From: Octopus vulgaris
Taxonomy: Eukaryota
Assembly: GCA_951406725.2 (NCBI GenBank)
Contig: OX597817.1
Coordinates: 171,678,001-171,742,000, forward strand
Direction: 5' to 3'
DNA: 64,000 bases
Shown here: piece after piece, positions 39,416 to 53,165 of the stretch
How the letters are laid out: the number at the start of each line of letters is the position of its first letter
Numbering within the stretch: the first letter of the stretch is position 1
The notes under the pieces: model-generated
What the model was told of the DNA's origin: nothing
Database searches by the model: none
What the model saw: only the letters and a program-made list of their open reading frames with translations
Position numbers and translations under genes: made by a program

Positions 39416-39714
39416 ATAATAATAATAATGATAATTATAAGTATAATGATGGTGATGTTGTTGCTGTTGTTGTTGTTGTTGTTATTTAGCATCATGCCAT
39501 CCTTTACCAAATAGATTCAGGATCAAAGATTCTGCAATTATGACTATCCTATCAATGTTTTTCGTAATTCACATAAAAACATCGTTCAATGTGTTCATTG
39601 TTATTTTCCCTTTTTGTTTTTTTTTTTTTTTTTTTTTTTTAAACAGGTTGAGGGACAAAAGATTAGTCTGCTACTTTTAGCAAGTTGAGTGACTGAGTAG
39701 AGGCTCAGCCTTGT

Positions 39715-40155
39715 GAATGATAATGTTGGTGGTGAGGATGATGGTGTTAGTGGTGGTGGTGGTGGTGGTGGTGGTGGTGGTGGTGGTGATAATAACATTG
39801 GGGAGAGCAAAAAACGTGGATGATGGTGATGTTGATGTCATTTGTAATAAAGATGATAATGACGAAGATTGCAGTGATAATAATGACAACGACGACGATG
39901 ATGGTGATGATGATGATGATGATGATGATGACAGTGAAGGTGGAGGTTATAGAGGTGACAGTGGTGGTGGTGATGGTGGTAGCAAAAATGTCGAGGGAAG
40001 ACAAGAGTGACAATGATAATGGTGATGATTATTACAACGATGATGTTGATGATGATTATGATGATGACGCTGCTGCCACTAATAATGTCTATGACAACGA
40101 TGATGATGACTATGATGATAGTGACAACAACGATGATGACGATGAAGACAACTAC
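39715..40155. repeat. (GGT/GAT/GAC)n low-complexity tract
   Basis: Directly visible. Confidence 0.9.
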
Positions 40156-40159
40156 AACA

Positions 40160-40355
40160 GTGGAGGTGCAATGGCCCAGTGGATAGGGCAGCAGACTCGC
40201 AGTCGTAAGAACGCAGTTTCGATTCCCAGACCGGGCATTGTGAGCGTTTATTGAGCAAAAACAGCTAAGCTCCACGAGGCTCTGGCAGGGGATGGGGTGA
40301 ACCCCACTGCACTCTTTCACCACAACTTTCTCTCACTCTTTCTTCCTACTTCTGC
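40160..40355 (+). mobile_element. CORE-type tRNA SINE head and body (family D variant)
   Basis: TGGCCCAGTGG A box, GTTTCGATTCCC B box. Confidence 0.8.
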
Positions 40356-40828
40356 TGCAAAGCAGAGGAACCAAGGTGTAACCCACTATGGTGTGGTAAA
40401 CTTTCAGACCCTAGTCTAGATTGCGAATCCTCTGTACCACAGGATGGTTCAGCTCACCACCCATTAAAAGCCACCGTTTACGGAATGAGGTTAACAACGT
40501 AGCTTTTGCGCCCGTACAACCGCCAGTCTATCGTGTGTGGTGGATGGATCTTCAAGTTGCCACACGCATTCTTAGTAGCTGAGAGTAGGCTCGAATTAGA
40601 GATTATTCTTTGTGGTTAATGGCGTGAGCCCTGATTGGAAGAAGAAGAAGAAGAAGAAGAAGAAGAAGAAGAAGAAGAAAAAGAAAAAGAAGAAGAAGAA
40701 AAGACGACAACAATGACGACGACAATGGTGATGGTGATGATGGTGACATTGCTGCCACCAATAACGACTATGATGACAGCAATGAGAAAAATGATAATGA
40801 CTAGAATAATAACAACTACAACAACAAC

Positions 40829-40867
<39 letters not shown>

Positions 40868-41085
40868 AATGAATACGATTGCTGTTATGAAACTAGAGAT
40901 GCACATTTCTAGCTGAAGCTGTTGCGCCCTTCTTCTGCCAGAGAATTCTTTCACATCTCATCTCATTTCATCATTAAAGACGTCAGAGACCTGAACTGTT
41001 AGGTGAGGTAAAAAGCAGAGGCAAGGATGGCATGTAAGGCAGGGAATGAAAATGTGAAATATTATTTATTCTACTACTGGATTAC

Positions 41086-41228
<143 letters not shown>

Positions 41229-41425
41229 TAAAAAAATGTAAAAAAAAAAAAAAAGTTGCCACCGGCACCACCATAACCACCATCGCCATTAACAGCATCA
41301 TCATCATCATCATCATCACCACCAGCATCATCTTCACCCACCATCCTCCTCCTCCTTCTCCTTCTCATTATCATCATCACCATCACTATAACCATCACAT
41401 TGTCATGACCATCACCATAACAACC

Positions 41426-41456
<31 letters not shown>

Positions 41457-42159
41457 CCAGCGTCATCATCACTACCATCAGCATCATCATCACCTTCATC
41501 ACTGTCGTCTTCCTCACCATCATCATCATCATCATCATCTTCATTGTTGTCATCATCATCACGACCACCACCACGACCACTACCACCACGACCACCACCG
41601 GCACCATCACCATATCATCATCATCACTGCCATCAACATTATCATCGTCATCACCGTTTCCCTTATCCTCATCACCATCCTCATCATCACTATGATGACT
41701 TACTAGTTTAGTCAGGATGTCAGCAGCTAAGCAGCTAACAGAAAAAACAAATAGCAATGCTTTTTGTTTTTTATTTGAAAAAGAATTTTTGTTTTTTTTT
41801 TTGTTTTGTTTTTAATAAAAAAAAAAAAACAGCAATAAAAAATACCAAAGAAAAAAAACATAGAATTTGTACAAAGTGGAAATACAATACAAAGCCATCT
41901 TGCTGTGAAAGAACCCCTTTCTTGAATATCTGTTGCTTATAATGTCTGTGAAAATATTTGTACTATCATATACCTGAATCTAATTTTGAGTTTGGGGTGG
42001 GAGTCTAGAGTAATGAAAGGAGTGGGTCTGAGTTTGGATTTGGGGTAGATATGCATTATGGTATGTGGAGAGATTATTCATATTTTTCTTCAACAACCAT
42101 ACTGAAATACCTATGTTCTTCAATATTATCTACTCACCTAAAGAAACACAGTTATTGTA

Positions 42160-42252
<93 letters not shown>

Positions 42253-42255
<3 letters not shown>

Positions 42256-42452
42256 CCGTTTGCCAGCTCCGTCTGGCACCCATGCGGGTGGCACGTAAAA
42301 AGCACCCACTACACTCACGGAGTGGTTGGCGTTAGGAAGGGCATCCAGCCGTAGAAACACTGCCAGATCAGACTGGGCCTGATGCAGCCTTCTGGCTTCA
42401 CAGACCCCAGTTGAACCGTCCAACCCATGCTAGCATGGAAAGCGGACGCTAA

Positions 42453-42494
<42 letters not shown>
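42253..42494 (+). mobile_element. RTE-type 3' element (family E), young
   Basis: CpG-intact family E tail and (GAT)n. Confidence 0.9.
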
Positions 42495-42527
<33 letters not shown>

Positions 42528-42806
42528 CATTAATTAATAAATTTCAGGGCAGCAAAAAAATTTAGAAAAATTCTTTGCTACCAGTGGTCTAACGAGAAGA
42601 AAAAACTAGTCAACATACTATATATTATTCATATAAAAATACAGTCTTGCAACCTTTTCAATAGTCTTGACTATTGAAAAGGTTGCAAGATGCAATCAAA
42701 ATTTTAGGAAAATAAAAATAAGAAATAAGTGGAAATTATGCTGGTGAGTGTGTTATATTATAAGGCACAAAAAGAAAATGACTCTCCCCAGACACAACAG
42801 AATATA
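42528..42806. mobile_element. Probable Penelope-like remnant with perfect 46-bp hairpin
   Basis: Adjacent to (TA)n; 22-bp perfect arms at 42645-42690. Confidence 0.4.
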
Positions 42807-43494
42807 TTTATGTGTATATATATATTCTTTTATTCTTTTATTCTTTGGTTGACCCAAGGCTATAACACAAGACACTGGCCCAAGGTACCATGCAGTGGGA
42901 TTGAACCTGGAACAATATGGTTAGGAAGCAAGCTTCTTACCACACAGCCACACTGTGCCTATATGTTATATATGTGCATGTGTGTGTATTATATCCTCAT
43001 CATCATCATCATCATCATCACCATTGTATGTATTGGCATATATTTGTTGCTTATTTGGTTTCTATTTAACTACTTAGCTCTTCTCAGTTTACTTAACACA
43101 TTCATTTCATTGAAGAATAATACAATTAGAGTAATTAATTAATTAAAACAGTGATACACACACACACACACACACACACATACAAACATATCATTTATCA
43201 TTTATATATTAATTATTTCTAATGAAAGGAACTCCCTTGAACACCTTCTTGATCTTGTAATTAAGTACTATTAAACCCTAACCTACAAAACAGTATTTCA
43301 GAGTGGCGCATAAGACTTTGGTTATTAGATTAAAATAGAAATGAAATATGATCAATTACTTAATGAGATACAGTCATCAGTGGAAGAAAGAAGATTGGGT
43401 GAGAAGTGTTGCCATTGTTATTATAATTTTAATTATAGTCATCCATGCTTATATGAGAGGATGTGTCTTTTACTTTGTTTCTCCTTTTATTGTT

Positions 43495-44053
43495 TATCTT
43501 TTATTTTTTTTGCTAGTTGCAGTTATTAGATTGCACCCATGCTGGGGCACCACCCTGAGAAATTTTTAGTCGAATAAATCTGTGGGCATGTAACAAATAC
43601 CATCCGATCGTGGCCATGCCAGCCTCGCCTGGCCTCCGTGCCGGTGGCATGTAAAAAACACCATCCGAGCGTGGCCGTTCGCCAGCCTCGTCTGGCACCT
43701 GTGTCGGTGGCACATAAAAAGCACCCACTACACTCACGGAGTGGTTGGCGTTAGGAAGGGCATCCAGCTGTAGAAACACTGCCAGATCTGACTGGCTTGG
43801 TGCAGCCTTCTGGCTTCCCAGACCCCAGTTGAACCATCCAACCCATGCTAGCATGGAAAGCGGACGTTAAACGATGATGATGATAATGATGAAATCAACC
43901 CCAGTATTTTTTTGTTTTTGAAAGTCTAGTACTTATTTTATAAGTCTCTTTTGCTGATTTGCTAAGTTATGGGGATGTAAACAAACCAACATTGGTTGTC
44001 AAGCAGTCGTGGTGCAAAACACAGACACAAAGACACATATACATAGGTGTGTG

Positions 44054-44087
<34 letters not shown>

Positions 44088-44235
44088 ATGGGCTTATTTC
44101 AGTTTCTGTCTCCCAAATCTACTCCCAAAGTTTTGGTTGGCCCAAAGTAGGAGACATTAGCCTAAGGGGTCAAGCAGTGGGATCAAACCTGGAAGTATCT
44201 GGTTGGGAAGCAAGCTTTTTATCACACAGCCATGC
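43495..44235 (-). mobile_element. Family A SINE interrupted by a family E insertion
   Basis: SINE tail breaks at GTCGAATAAATC and resumes at GAAATCAACCCC. Confidence 0.75.
43582..43890 (+). mobile_element. RTE-type 3' element (family E), nested
   Basis: Hairpin modules and (GAT)n tail; possible AAATC target duplication. Confidence 0.88.
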
Positions 44236-44274
44236 CAAATTTTGTTACTGCTTTTCAAAATAGTGAAACCCTGT

Positions 44275-44520
44275 AATATAGTGGTTAGGGTGTTGTACTC
44301 ATTATCACAAGATTGTGGTTTTGATTCCCAGACTGGGCAGCACAAAGTGATCTTGAGGAAAACACTTCATTTCATGTTGCTCCAAGCCATTCTGCTGTAA
44401 ATAAGTAACCCTGCAATGAACTGGCAGCCTGTCCTAGAAAGGATGTTGTGATCTTGGTCACTTTTACATCATGGAAACCTGGTAATCTGCCCTCTGAGTC
44501 CCAGAACTCAAGACAGAAAT
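44275..44520 (+). mobile_element. CORE-type SINE (family D), old
   Basis: TAGTGGTTAGGGTGTTG..TTGATTCCCAGAC..CTTGAGGAAAACACTT. Confidence 0.7.
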
Positions 44521-44559
44521 ATTCAGAGGACTCACATATTTTCACAAGAATTCTCACTT

Positions 44560-45010
44560 TTGTATGCATGACATTGTTGAAGTAGAGTTGGGTAGAGTTT
44601 TGCCAGATAAATTTCATAAAATTGAGAACCCAAAATTTTCAAAAAGTAATGAATTATGTTCAAAAGCATCACAAAATGGAAATGTTTTATGGTGGCTTAG
44701 AAAGAATATATTGTATTTTGTAATATGGAAGATACACTTTTTTGTAAAAAAATATTACATTGAAAATTACCATGATGCTAGTTGAGAAGTTGTTGCTATG
44801 GTTTTCTGAAATTAAGGGGGTATTGTCAGAAGTTACAGTCTAGCACCCAACTATGATTGCTTGGCATCAAAATGAGTTGGTTGAAATATGTGCAGCGGAA
44901 AGGAAGAGTATGGTACTTTGGACAAGTGATGTAAATGGACCTATATGGGCAATGTGTAAAGCAGTTAAAATAAAAGTTGGAAGAAGTGGTAGGGTTCAGG
45001 TCTGAGGGTG
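44560..45010 (+). pseudogene. Degenerate RTE ORF C-terminal fragment
   Basis: VQRKGRVWYFGQVM*MD resembles the RTE RL.WFGHV.RM motif. Confidence 0.35.
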
Positions 45011-45994
45011 GTGTGTTTTGCTAAAGAGTTATGGTGATATAAATCAATTGCAGATCCATCCATCCCAATTTAATACAGAAAAACAATGAAAATGGTCTGG
45101 TAATAATGGACTTTAGTTAATAAGATTTGAACTCATAACAACATGGTCAGTAAAACAGTGTCTTATCTTTATAGTTTTTGAATTGCATCATTGAAAAACA
45201 AAAAAAAAGGATCAAAGTCCTTTTTGAGGCATAGACTCATAAGGCCAATTTCCAGAATTCTGCAGTATTTATTTTCCTCCTGGATGGGTTGCCAGTCCAC
45301 TGTAGGCTTACTCATTCTTGCCAGATGAGGTGACTAGAGCATTGTGAAATGAAGTGTTTTGCTCAAGAACACAATGCAGAAATTGAAACTATAATCTTAC
45401 AATCATGAAGGCAACACCCTAACCCCTAACATGTGCCTCCACAATGCATATTTTGTAAACACAAATATCAAAATTCTTTGAACCATCATAGAATTAGGGC
45501 AAATATGCAAAAGTGGGGAAAATGAGTGTATAGTGATGATGAAAGAGAAAGGAATCTAATCTTTGGAATAGATCAAGGGGTGGTGGCATGTGATAAAAAT
45601 AAAATAAAATGAAAAGCTTGACCTCAAAGAGTAAAATATATTCTCTGTGTGCATATTGCTAATTAAAATTTGGAAGTCATGTCAGCGTATCAAAACCATG
45701 ACATCATCAAGTATATCTGAATGAGTATGATTCATTACAAGTAATTAATGACCATTCTTTAATGTTATCGTGGTTATCATAGGTTAGAGAGAGAGGAAAT
45801 GAAAGAGGAAAAAAAAACCCTTCTATAATAAGCAGAGGAATGCTGGTGTGGTTAGGAAGTTTCACTTTGCAGCCACATGGTTTTAGGTTCAGTCCCATTG
45901 TGCAGCACCTTTAGTATGCGTCTTCCACTGTAGCCTTGTGCTGACTGATGCCTTGTGAGTGAATTTGGCAGCTGGAATTTGGTAGCTGGTTTTA

Positions 45995-46171
45995 AGGGGA
46001 TCACAAAAGGCTCAACCTTCCAAGTTCTTTTACAAGGTTTAGAAAAACTGAAGGACTGCAGTGATAAGGACATGAATCTGAAAGGGGAATATGCTGAATA
46101 TAATCATAATTAACTGATCCCCTTGTATTTTCTTTTATCCAAAGCCAGAAACTTTTCAGCACCCTCTTGTA
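45995..46171 (+). mobile_element. mariner-type transposon 3' end
   Basis: LQGLEKLKDCSDKDMNLKGEYAE resembles the mariner C-terminus GI.KL..RW.KC....G.YVE; ends AACTTTTCAGCACCCTCTTG-TA. Confidence 0.6.
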
Positions 46172-46301
46172 TATATGTGTACACATGTGTCTTGATGTCT
46201 GTGTTTGTTCCCACTACTACCACCACTTGACAACCGGTGTTGGTTTGTTTACATCTCCATAGCTTAGTGGTCTGGCATAGTTGCCAATAGAATCAGTACA
46301 C

Positions 46302-46495
46302 CATCATTGTTTAACGTCTGTTTTCCATGATGGCATGGGTTGGACTGTTTGAGTGAGGTCTGGAGAGCCAGCAGCTGCACCAGGCTCCAGTCTGATCTGG
46401 TAATGTTTCTACAGCTGGATGCCCTTCCTAACGACAATCACTCCAAGGGTGTAGTGGGTGCTCTTTTACATGCCACTGGCACAGGAGCCAGTCAA
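46302..46495 (-). mobile_element. Family E tail
   Basis: CATCATTGTTTAACGTC..GGATGCCCTTCCTAACG. Confidence 0.78.
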
Positions 46496-46534
46496 ACAGG
46501 CTTGGCATCATTCAGTTGGCATCATTCAGTTGGC

Positions 46535-46680
46535 ATCAACTGGTACTTATTTTATCAATTCCAAAAGGATGAAAGGCAGAGTTGACCTTGGAAGAATTTG
46601 AACTCAGAACATAGCGACAGGCAAAATACTGCTAAGCATTTCGTCCAGTGCATTAATGATTCAGCCAGCTCGCCACCTTA
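46535..46680 (-). mobile_element. SINE family C
   Basis: CTGGTACTTATTTTATC..GCCAGCTCGCCACCTT. Confidence 0.78.
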
Positions 46681-46734
46681 CTAAATAACAATAATAATAA
46701 TAATAATAAAAAAAATAATAATGATAATTATAGT

Positions 46735-47158
46735 GGCACAGGAGTGGCTGTTTGGTAAGTAGCTTGCTAACCAACCACATGGTTCCGGGTTCAGTCCCAC
46801 TGCGTGGCATCTTAGGCAAGTGTCTTCTGCTATAGCCCCGGGCCGACCAATGCCTTGTGAGTGGATTTGGTAGACGGAAACTGAAAGAAGCCTGTCGTAT
46901 ATATGTATATATATATAAGTGTGTGTGAATATGTTTGTGTGTCTGTGTTTGTTCCCCTAGTATTGCTTGACAACCGATGCTGGTGTGTTTACGTCCCCGT
47001 CACTTAGCAGTTCGGCAAAAGAGACCGATAGAATAAGTACTGGGCTTACAAAGAATAAGTCCCGGGTTCGATTTGCTCGATTAAAGGCGGTGCTCCAGCA
47101 TGGCCGCAGTCAAATGACTGAAACAAGTAATAAGAGTAAAAAAAAGAGTAAAAAAGAG
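46735..47158 (+). mobile_element. Full-length young SINE family A
   Basis: tRNA-like head with TGGCTGTTTGG and GGTTCAGTCC boxes, hinge, tail; TATAGT target duplication at 46729-46734 and 47159-47164. Confidence 0.92.
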
Positions 47159-47390
47159 TATAGTTTTAAAATTATTGCAGAAGGTCAGCAACTTGAGTAG
47201 GTAGGGGTTGTTTAGTTGATTATATGACCCCCGCAAAAGCATGAATGTCGAAGTTGACCTTGGTGGGATATGAACTCAGAAAAATTAAGAGCTGAAGGAA
47301 ATGCTGCTGTGAGCAATTTTTTCTGATGTGCTAATGATTCAGCCAACTCACTACCTTAACAAGAAGAAGAAGAAGAACAACAACAACAAC

Positions 47391-47427
<37 letters not shown>

Positions 47428-47700
47428 TTAATATTATTAATAATAACAATAATAATGGGTCGATTCAATTGATTATGCCAACTCACTACCTTAACAAGAA
47501 GAAGAAGAAGAACAACAACAACAACAATAATAATACTATAATAATACTAATAATATTATTATTAATAATAACAATAATAATGGGTCGATTCAATTGATTA
47601 TGCCCCCCTCCTCTCTACCTTTGTCACCTTGTACCAATGTAAGAAATCAATATTATAAATCAAGTCATGAAATAACTGTTGAAGATTTAAACAATAAAGA

Positions 47701-47734
<34 letters not shown>

Positions 47735-47831
47735 ACTCTATTTCTGTCTCTCCTTTCCTCTCTCTCTCTCTCTCTCTCTCTTTTTCACTCAGATGCACAC
47801 ACACACACACATGCACACACGCACACATGCA

Positions 47832-47874
<43 letters not shown>

Positions 47875-48081
47875 TGCTGTGTTAATAGAAACAGACACCC
47901 AAACATATTGATTCAGTTCCTGATTTGTTAATTTAATTTCAAAGTGTTAAATAAAGATTTAGGATTTCATAGGGAAAAAATTATATTATATAACCACTAG
48001 AAATAACATTTCGAAAAATTTCCACACTGCTTCATTTAGCTGAAGCAACAAATATAATCTTCATTGCCATTATGTCATCTC

Positions 48082-48113
<32 letters not shown>

Positions 48114-48177
48114 ACAACAACTATGGCAATATGGTAGAGTACTATTATTAGATCTTGTTTACAATTTATTTATTTGT

Positions 48178-48393
48178 CATCATCATCATCATCGTTTAAC
48201 GTCCGTTTTCCATGCTAGCATGGGTTGGACGGTTCAACAGGGGTCTGGGAAGCCAGGAAGCTGCACCAGGCTCCAGTCCGATCTGGCAGTGTTTCTACAC
48301 ACGCCAACCACTACGTGAGTGTAGTGGGTGCTTTTTACGTGCCACAGCACAGGTGCCAGGCGAGGTTGGCAGTGGCCATGATCGGTTGGTGCT
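48178..48393 (-). mobile_element. Family E tail
   Basis: (CAT)n-CGTTTAACGTCCGTTTTCCATGCTAGCATGG. Confidence 0.85.
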
Positions 48394-48629
48394 TAAAATA
48401 AAATAAAACGAAAGAGAGACAGTGAAAGAGAGAGAGAAAGAGGACATAATTATTGTGAGATTAAGTTACTGGACAGCTGATTGCCTGGTCAAGAGATGAA
48501 ACCTTAGCACTGTCTATGATGTTCCATTGGGCAAGATATAGTTGTATTACTCTTTCGTTTTCTTCAATTTGCCTAACTGACAGAATATAAAAAAAAAGTG
48601 GGGTCCATGTCATTTTTCACATCAGAGAG

Positions 48630-48835
48630 GTTACTCTTTTACTCTTTTACGTGCTTCAGTCGTAACATATACATATATATGACGGGCTTCTTTCAGTTTC
48701 TGTCTACCAAATCCACTCACAGGTCAGCCTGAGGCTATAGTAGAAGACACTTGCCCAAGATGCCACACAGTGGGACTGAACCTGGAACCATGTGGTTGGT
48801 AAGCAAGCTACTTACCACACAGCCACTCCTACACC
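48630..48835 (-). mobile_element. Internally deleted SINE family A
   Basis: Extreme tail joined to hinge and head. Confidence 0.78.
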
Positions 48836-49049
48836 TGTTAAATTTTAACAAAATATCTTATATGAACCCCCATGGGCCATATGGACTCTGGTTGAGAAGC
48901 ACTGCCCTACACAGTCATCCAATCCATTTGGAGACCATTTATTTGTTCTGTTATTAAGGACAAATTGCCAAACACAGAAGACAGTGTTAGCTCTGTCTAG
49001 AGATTTGATCAAATGAAGAGACATTTCAGAAATATGTTTAAATGAATAT

Positions 49050-49945
49050 GATATTGTAATATGAGATGTTAGTCTTCTTGGTATTGTGTTCAAATCAAAT
49101 AAAGACACACCATTGGTTATTTGAGCTGTACAGTACACATAATTCTACAGATGCCTTATAGTTCTCCGATCTGTTACAGAAGAAATACCTTGATCATGTG
49201 GGAATGTTACCCAAGATAGAGATATTTCTCATCCTAATATAAAGCTATGCAACTGAGGACTAAGCATCTACCATTAAAAGCACTTAGGGGCTTAAGAAAT
49301 ATTAGCATTTCACAAATGTTAAAGTACAAGCTAACCTTATAAAATAAAGATTAAATGTTGACCTAGGCTAACGTTACATTGAGCGAGATGATTGATGGCT
49401 ACCGTTATTATTGCTGCTGAGTAGTTCTTATTATCACTGCTTCAGTAAATATTTGGCACTGATATGTTCCACAGATGAAGCATTCAATGAATATGTCTTG
49501 TTACAATCATCAATCTTAACTGTAGAACACGATGTCCTGAAATTAACGACCTAAATCACAGTCTTCATTATAACGATGACATTGAGTTTGTTGAAGGCAT
49601 TCACTGGAAATTCTTTTGGAATATTTTCTCGAAGGGTGACTTTAATACCATAAGTCTTCTCAAAGAGAGTAACCTATGTGATTAAACAACAACAAGTCTA
49701 AATATTAACAGAGCAAGTCAGACAAGAACGAGAGACAATAAGTAGTTGGCAAATGCTAATTCCTCTAAAAGCAATACCAAAAATATGATTAAGCTTATAA
49801 AAGATAAATATAACCTTGGGTAGGTTGCTGCTCAACTCATTATAGGTAACATACCCAAATGTTGGTACCTATTCTCAATGACGAAGTGAAATAAGGGCAC
49901 AGAATTTAGCAGACTACCTCAAAACAAACAAGAAATTTCTTCAGT
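49050..49945 (+). pseudogene. Ancient RTE-like AP-endonuclease fossil
   Basis: Ordered remnants DVSLLGI, VTIINL..HYNDDIE..IFSKGDFN and VGTYSQ*RSEIRAQNLADYLKTN resemble the LINE APE GDFN and RN.NG..L.DF motifs. Confidence 0.4.
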
Positions 49946-50089
49946 AGATTTAACCCTGTAGCATTACTCTATGTAGAAATTACTCTATCAAATGTAAGGT
50001 TTTATTAAATATAAGTTATTTAAGTAGAGAGTGATATCACTTAACAAGAGATTAGAGGTAGTGTCTAATTACTGTCAATAGAAAATGTT

Positions 50090-50290
50090 CCTTCTGGACT
50101 GTTTCCAGACAACTGAAAGTCCAAAGCTTATTTATTGATATTCAAAGGAATCAGATTTAGAAAGATGACAATAAGTCTGGGGAGGGTAGTTTCTTTTACA
50201 CTATAGGAGTTAAGCCAGTTATACATTTGGCCTGCCAGGTATTCAACCTCATGACCCGTTTTGACCAATGGGAACTTGATTTGCTAATTT
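50090..50290 (-). pseudogene. Ancient Gypsy-like RT fragment
   Basis: WSKRVMRLNTWQ..SFEYQ*ISFGLS/CLETVQK resembles FSKLDL.SGYWQ..YEY..MPFGL..APATFQR. Confidence 0.33.
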
Positions 50291-50832
50291 AGTGTATTGC
50301 AGACACAGCTTCATTCACTATGTATTGTCAGACTGTTCGCATACATATCTTATGTGTGTTCTGTGAGACTCTAAGAAATTCTCAATGAATTTAATCGGTC
50401 TGCCTTAGTAAGCTCTGTCTGACCCATACAAATACAGGAAAGTAGATTTTAAAACAATCACAATGATGAAACAATGATAACGATGATGATGCTGATGGAC
50501 CATGTCTCTAAAAAGCATTGGAGCCCTTTAAAAGAATTGGTGCCACATAAAAAGCACCCTGTAAATTGGTTGGTGTTAAGAAGGGCATCCAGCTGTAGAA
50601 ACTAGGCCAAAGCGGGCAATGGAGCCTTCTCAACCATCCAACCCATGCCAGCATGGTAGAAGGACATTAAATAGGGATGATGATGATGATGATGATGATA
50701 TATATCATATATCCTCCTCCGCATCATATATATGTATATATATATATATTCTAAAGGCGGTGCTCCAGCATGGCCGCAGTCAAATGACTGAAACAAGTAA
50801 AAGAGTATATATATATGTACGTATGTATGTAT

Positions 50833-51297
50833 GAGGCAAGTGAAAATGGACAAAATGGACAAAATCAAAAGCAAACTCGATGAACATTAATGGAATTTGT
50901 AGTTTTGTGGTACCAGTGCTGGTGGCACATACGAAAACCATCCGAACGTGGCTGTAGCCAGTGCCGCATTGACTTGTCCTCCGTGCCGGTGGCACGTAAA
51001 AAACACCATCTGAGCATGGCCGTTCGCCAGCCTCGTCTGGCACCTGTGTCGGTGGCACATAAAAAAACACCATCCGAGCGTGGCCGTTCGCCAGCCTCGT
51101 CTGGCACCTGTGTCAGTGGCACATAAAATCACCCACTACACTCTCGGAGTGGTTGGCGTTAGGAAGGGCATCCAGTTGTAGAAACACTGCCAGATCTGAC
51201 TGGCCTGGTGCAGCCTTCTGGCTTCCTAGAGCCCAATTGAACCGTCCAACCCATGCTAGCATGGAAAGCGGACGTTAAACGATGATGATGATGATGA

Positions 51298-51300
<3 letters not shown>
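50833..51300 (+). mobile_element. RTE-type 3' element (family E) with four hairpin modules
   Basis: GTGYY-RGT-GGCAC at 50916, 50983, 51046 and 51110; (GAT)n tail. Confidence 0.9.
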
Positions 51301-51335
<35 letters not shown>

Positions 51336-51821
51336 TCATATGTGTTGTTGTGTGTGTGTGTAGTTAAAAGAGACACAGAAATAGGAGATAAGGAAGATAA
51401 CAATTATTTATTATTAACAAGTTAGATATAAACTATATGCTTAATATATACCTATTGCTTTCAGGCAATTTCATTTCCCAACACCACTGGGTATTGAACC
51501 AGTATTTCATGATGTTAACAATACTTTCTGGTTCCAAGATCATCTACTGACAAGGTATACTTAGCCAGTCAGTCTACTAAGATTGATAAATTGACGAATT
51601 ATGAAACAGAAGACATAGTAAAAACACTGGGTGGGCTGGAGTGGTAGAATGGAACTCAATCAAATATATACCTCCTCGCAAAAGAGAAGGGGGTCTTTGT
51701 GTGCCTCAGAAAAAAAGAAAATTATCACTAGTTCAATATTAATCTGTGTTCATGATAGCAATTTCCAAAATATTTAATACACACACACACACATGTATGT
51801 ATGTATATATGTATTATGTAT

Positions 51822-51913
<92 letters not shown>

Positions 51914-52026
51914 GTATGCATATATATGTGTGTATATAAATGTACACAAACATATATATATATGCATATGTGTATGTATACAAATATATATGTACATACA
52001 TATGCATATATATATGTGTATATGCA

Positions 52027-52095
<69 letters not shown>

Positions 52096-52288
52096 GTATG
52101 CATATATATATATTATATATATAAATATATATATTTATGTATGCATATATATATATATATATATAAATATATATATTTATGTATGCATATATATGTGTGT
52201 ATATAAATGTACACAAGCATATATATATGCATATGTGTATGTATACAAATATATATGTACATACATATGCATATATATATGTGTATGT

Positions 52289-52321
<33 letters not shown>

Positions 52322-52629
52322 CGCATATATATCAAAGAGAAGAGAAAGGAAAGCATCTTTATCATGTATGGCATCTAAAGATACCTATTTGTTTATTTTC
52401 ACACCTACCCCATCCATGCAAAATCACACCCGCACGCACACACAATATGTATCTCGAGCAAAAAATATATACATAAGAGAGAGAAAGAAGTTGAGATGAG
52501 TCTGTAACTTTGTCCTTTCAGTGTTTAACCTTGAACTAAAACCAACTTCTGTCAGCTTTATTCTTGACCTTATTGATAGCGAGTTATTTTGATTAGCTCC
52601 AGAAAGAAAGTTATAGGAGAGAAACTGAG

Positions 52630-52968
52630 AATTAGATAGATAGCTGGATAGATAGACAGACAGACAGATCGATAGATAGAAAGATAGATAGATGGATGGA
52701 TGGATGGATGGATGGACGGACGGATGGATGGATAGATAGATATGTTTCTTTATTAGCCACACAGGGCTGCGCACAGACAGGACAAATTACCAGGTAGAGC
52801 TTTTCTTTTGGGGGTAAAAAAAGGGGGTTTGGTTTTCGATCAAAAGGGATCGTAAAGGGAAAGAAAGAGGACAAAAAATGGGGGGGATAAAATTTTTAAA
52901 AAAAAGGGTGGGGGAAGGGAAAGGAAAAGAAAAGACAGATAGATGGATAGATAGATAGATAGATAAAC

Positions 52969-53034
<66 letters not shown>

Positions 53035-53089
53035 ATAGATGGATTGATAGATAGATAGATAGATATGGATAGATAGATAGATAGATATG

Positions 53090-53163
<74 letters not shown>

Positions 53164-53165
53164 GG
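52630..53165. repeat. (GATA/GATG)n tract interrupted by a retroelement 3' end (52742-52930, minus)
   Basis: Minus strand GCCCTGTGTGGCTAATAAAGAAAC-(ATCT)n; a similar tail GCCCTTGTGGCCAATAAAAGAAATC occurs at about 24632-24656. Confidence 0.8.

Noticed and set aside
49705-49730. LTEQVRQ, PIF1 helicase-like motif
   Set aside because: Isolated 7-mer without other helicase motifs.
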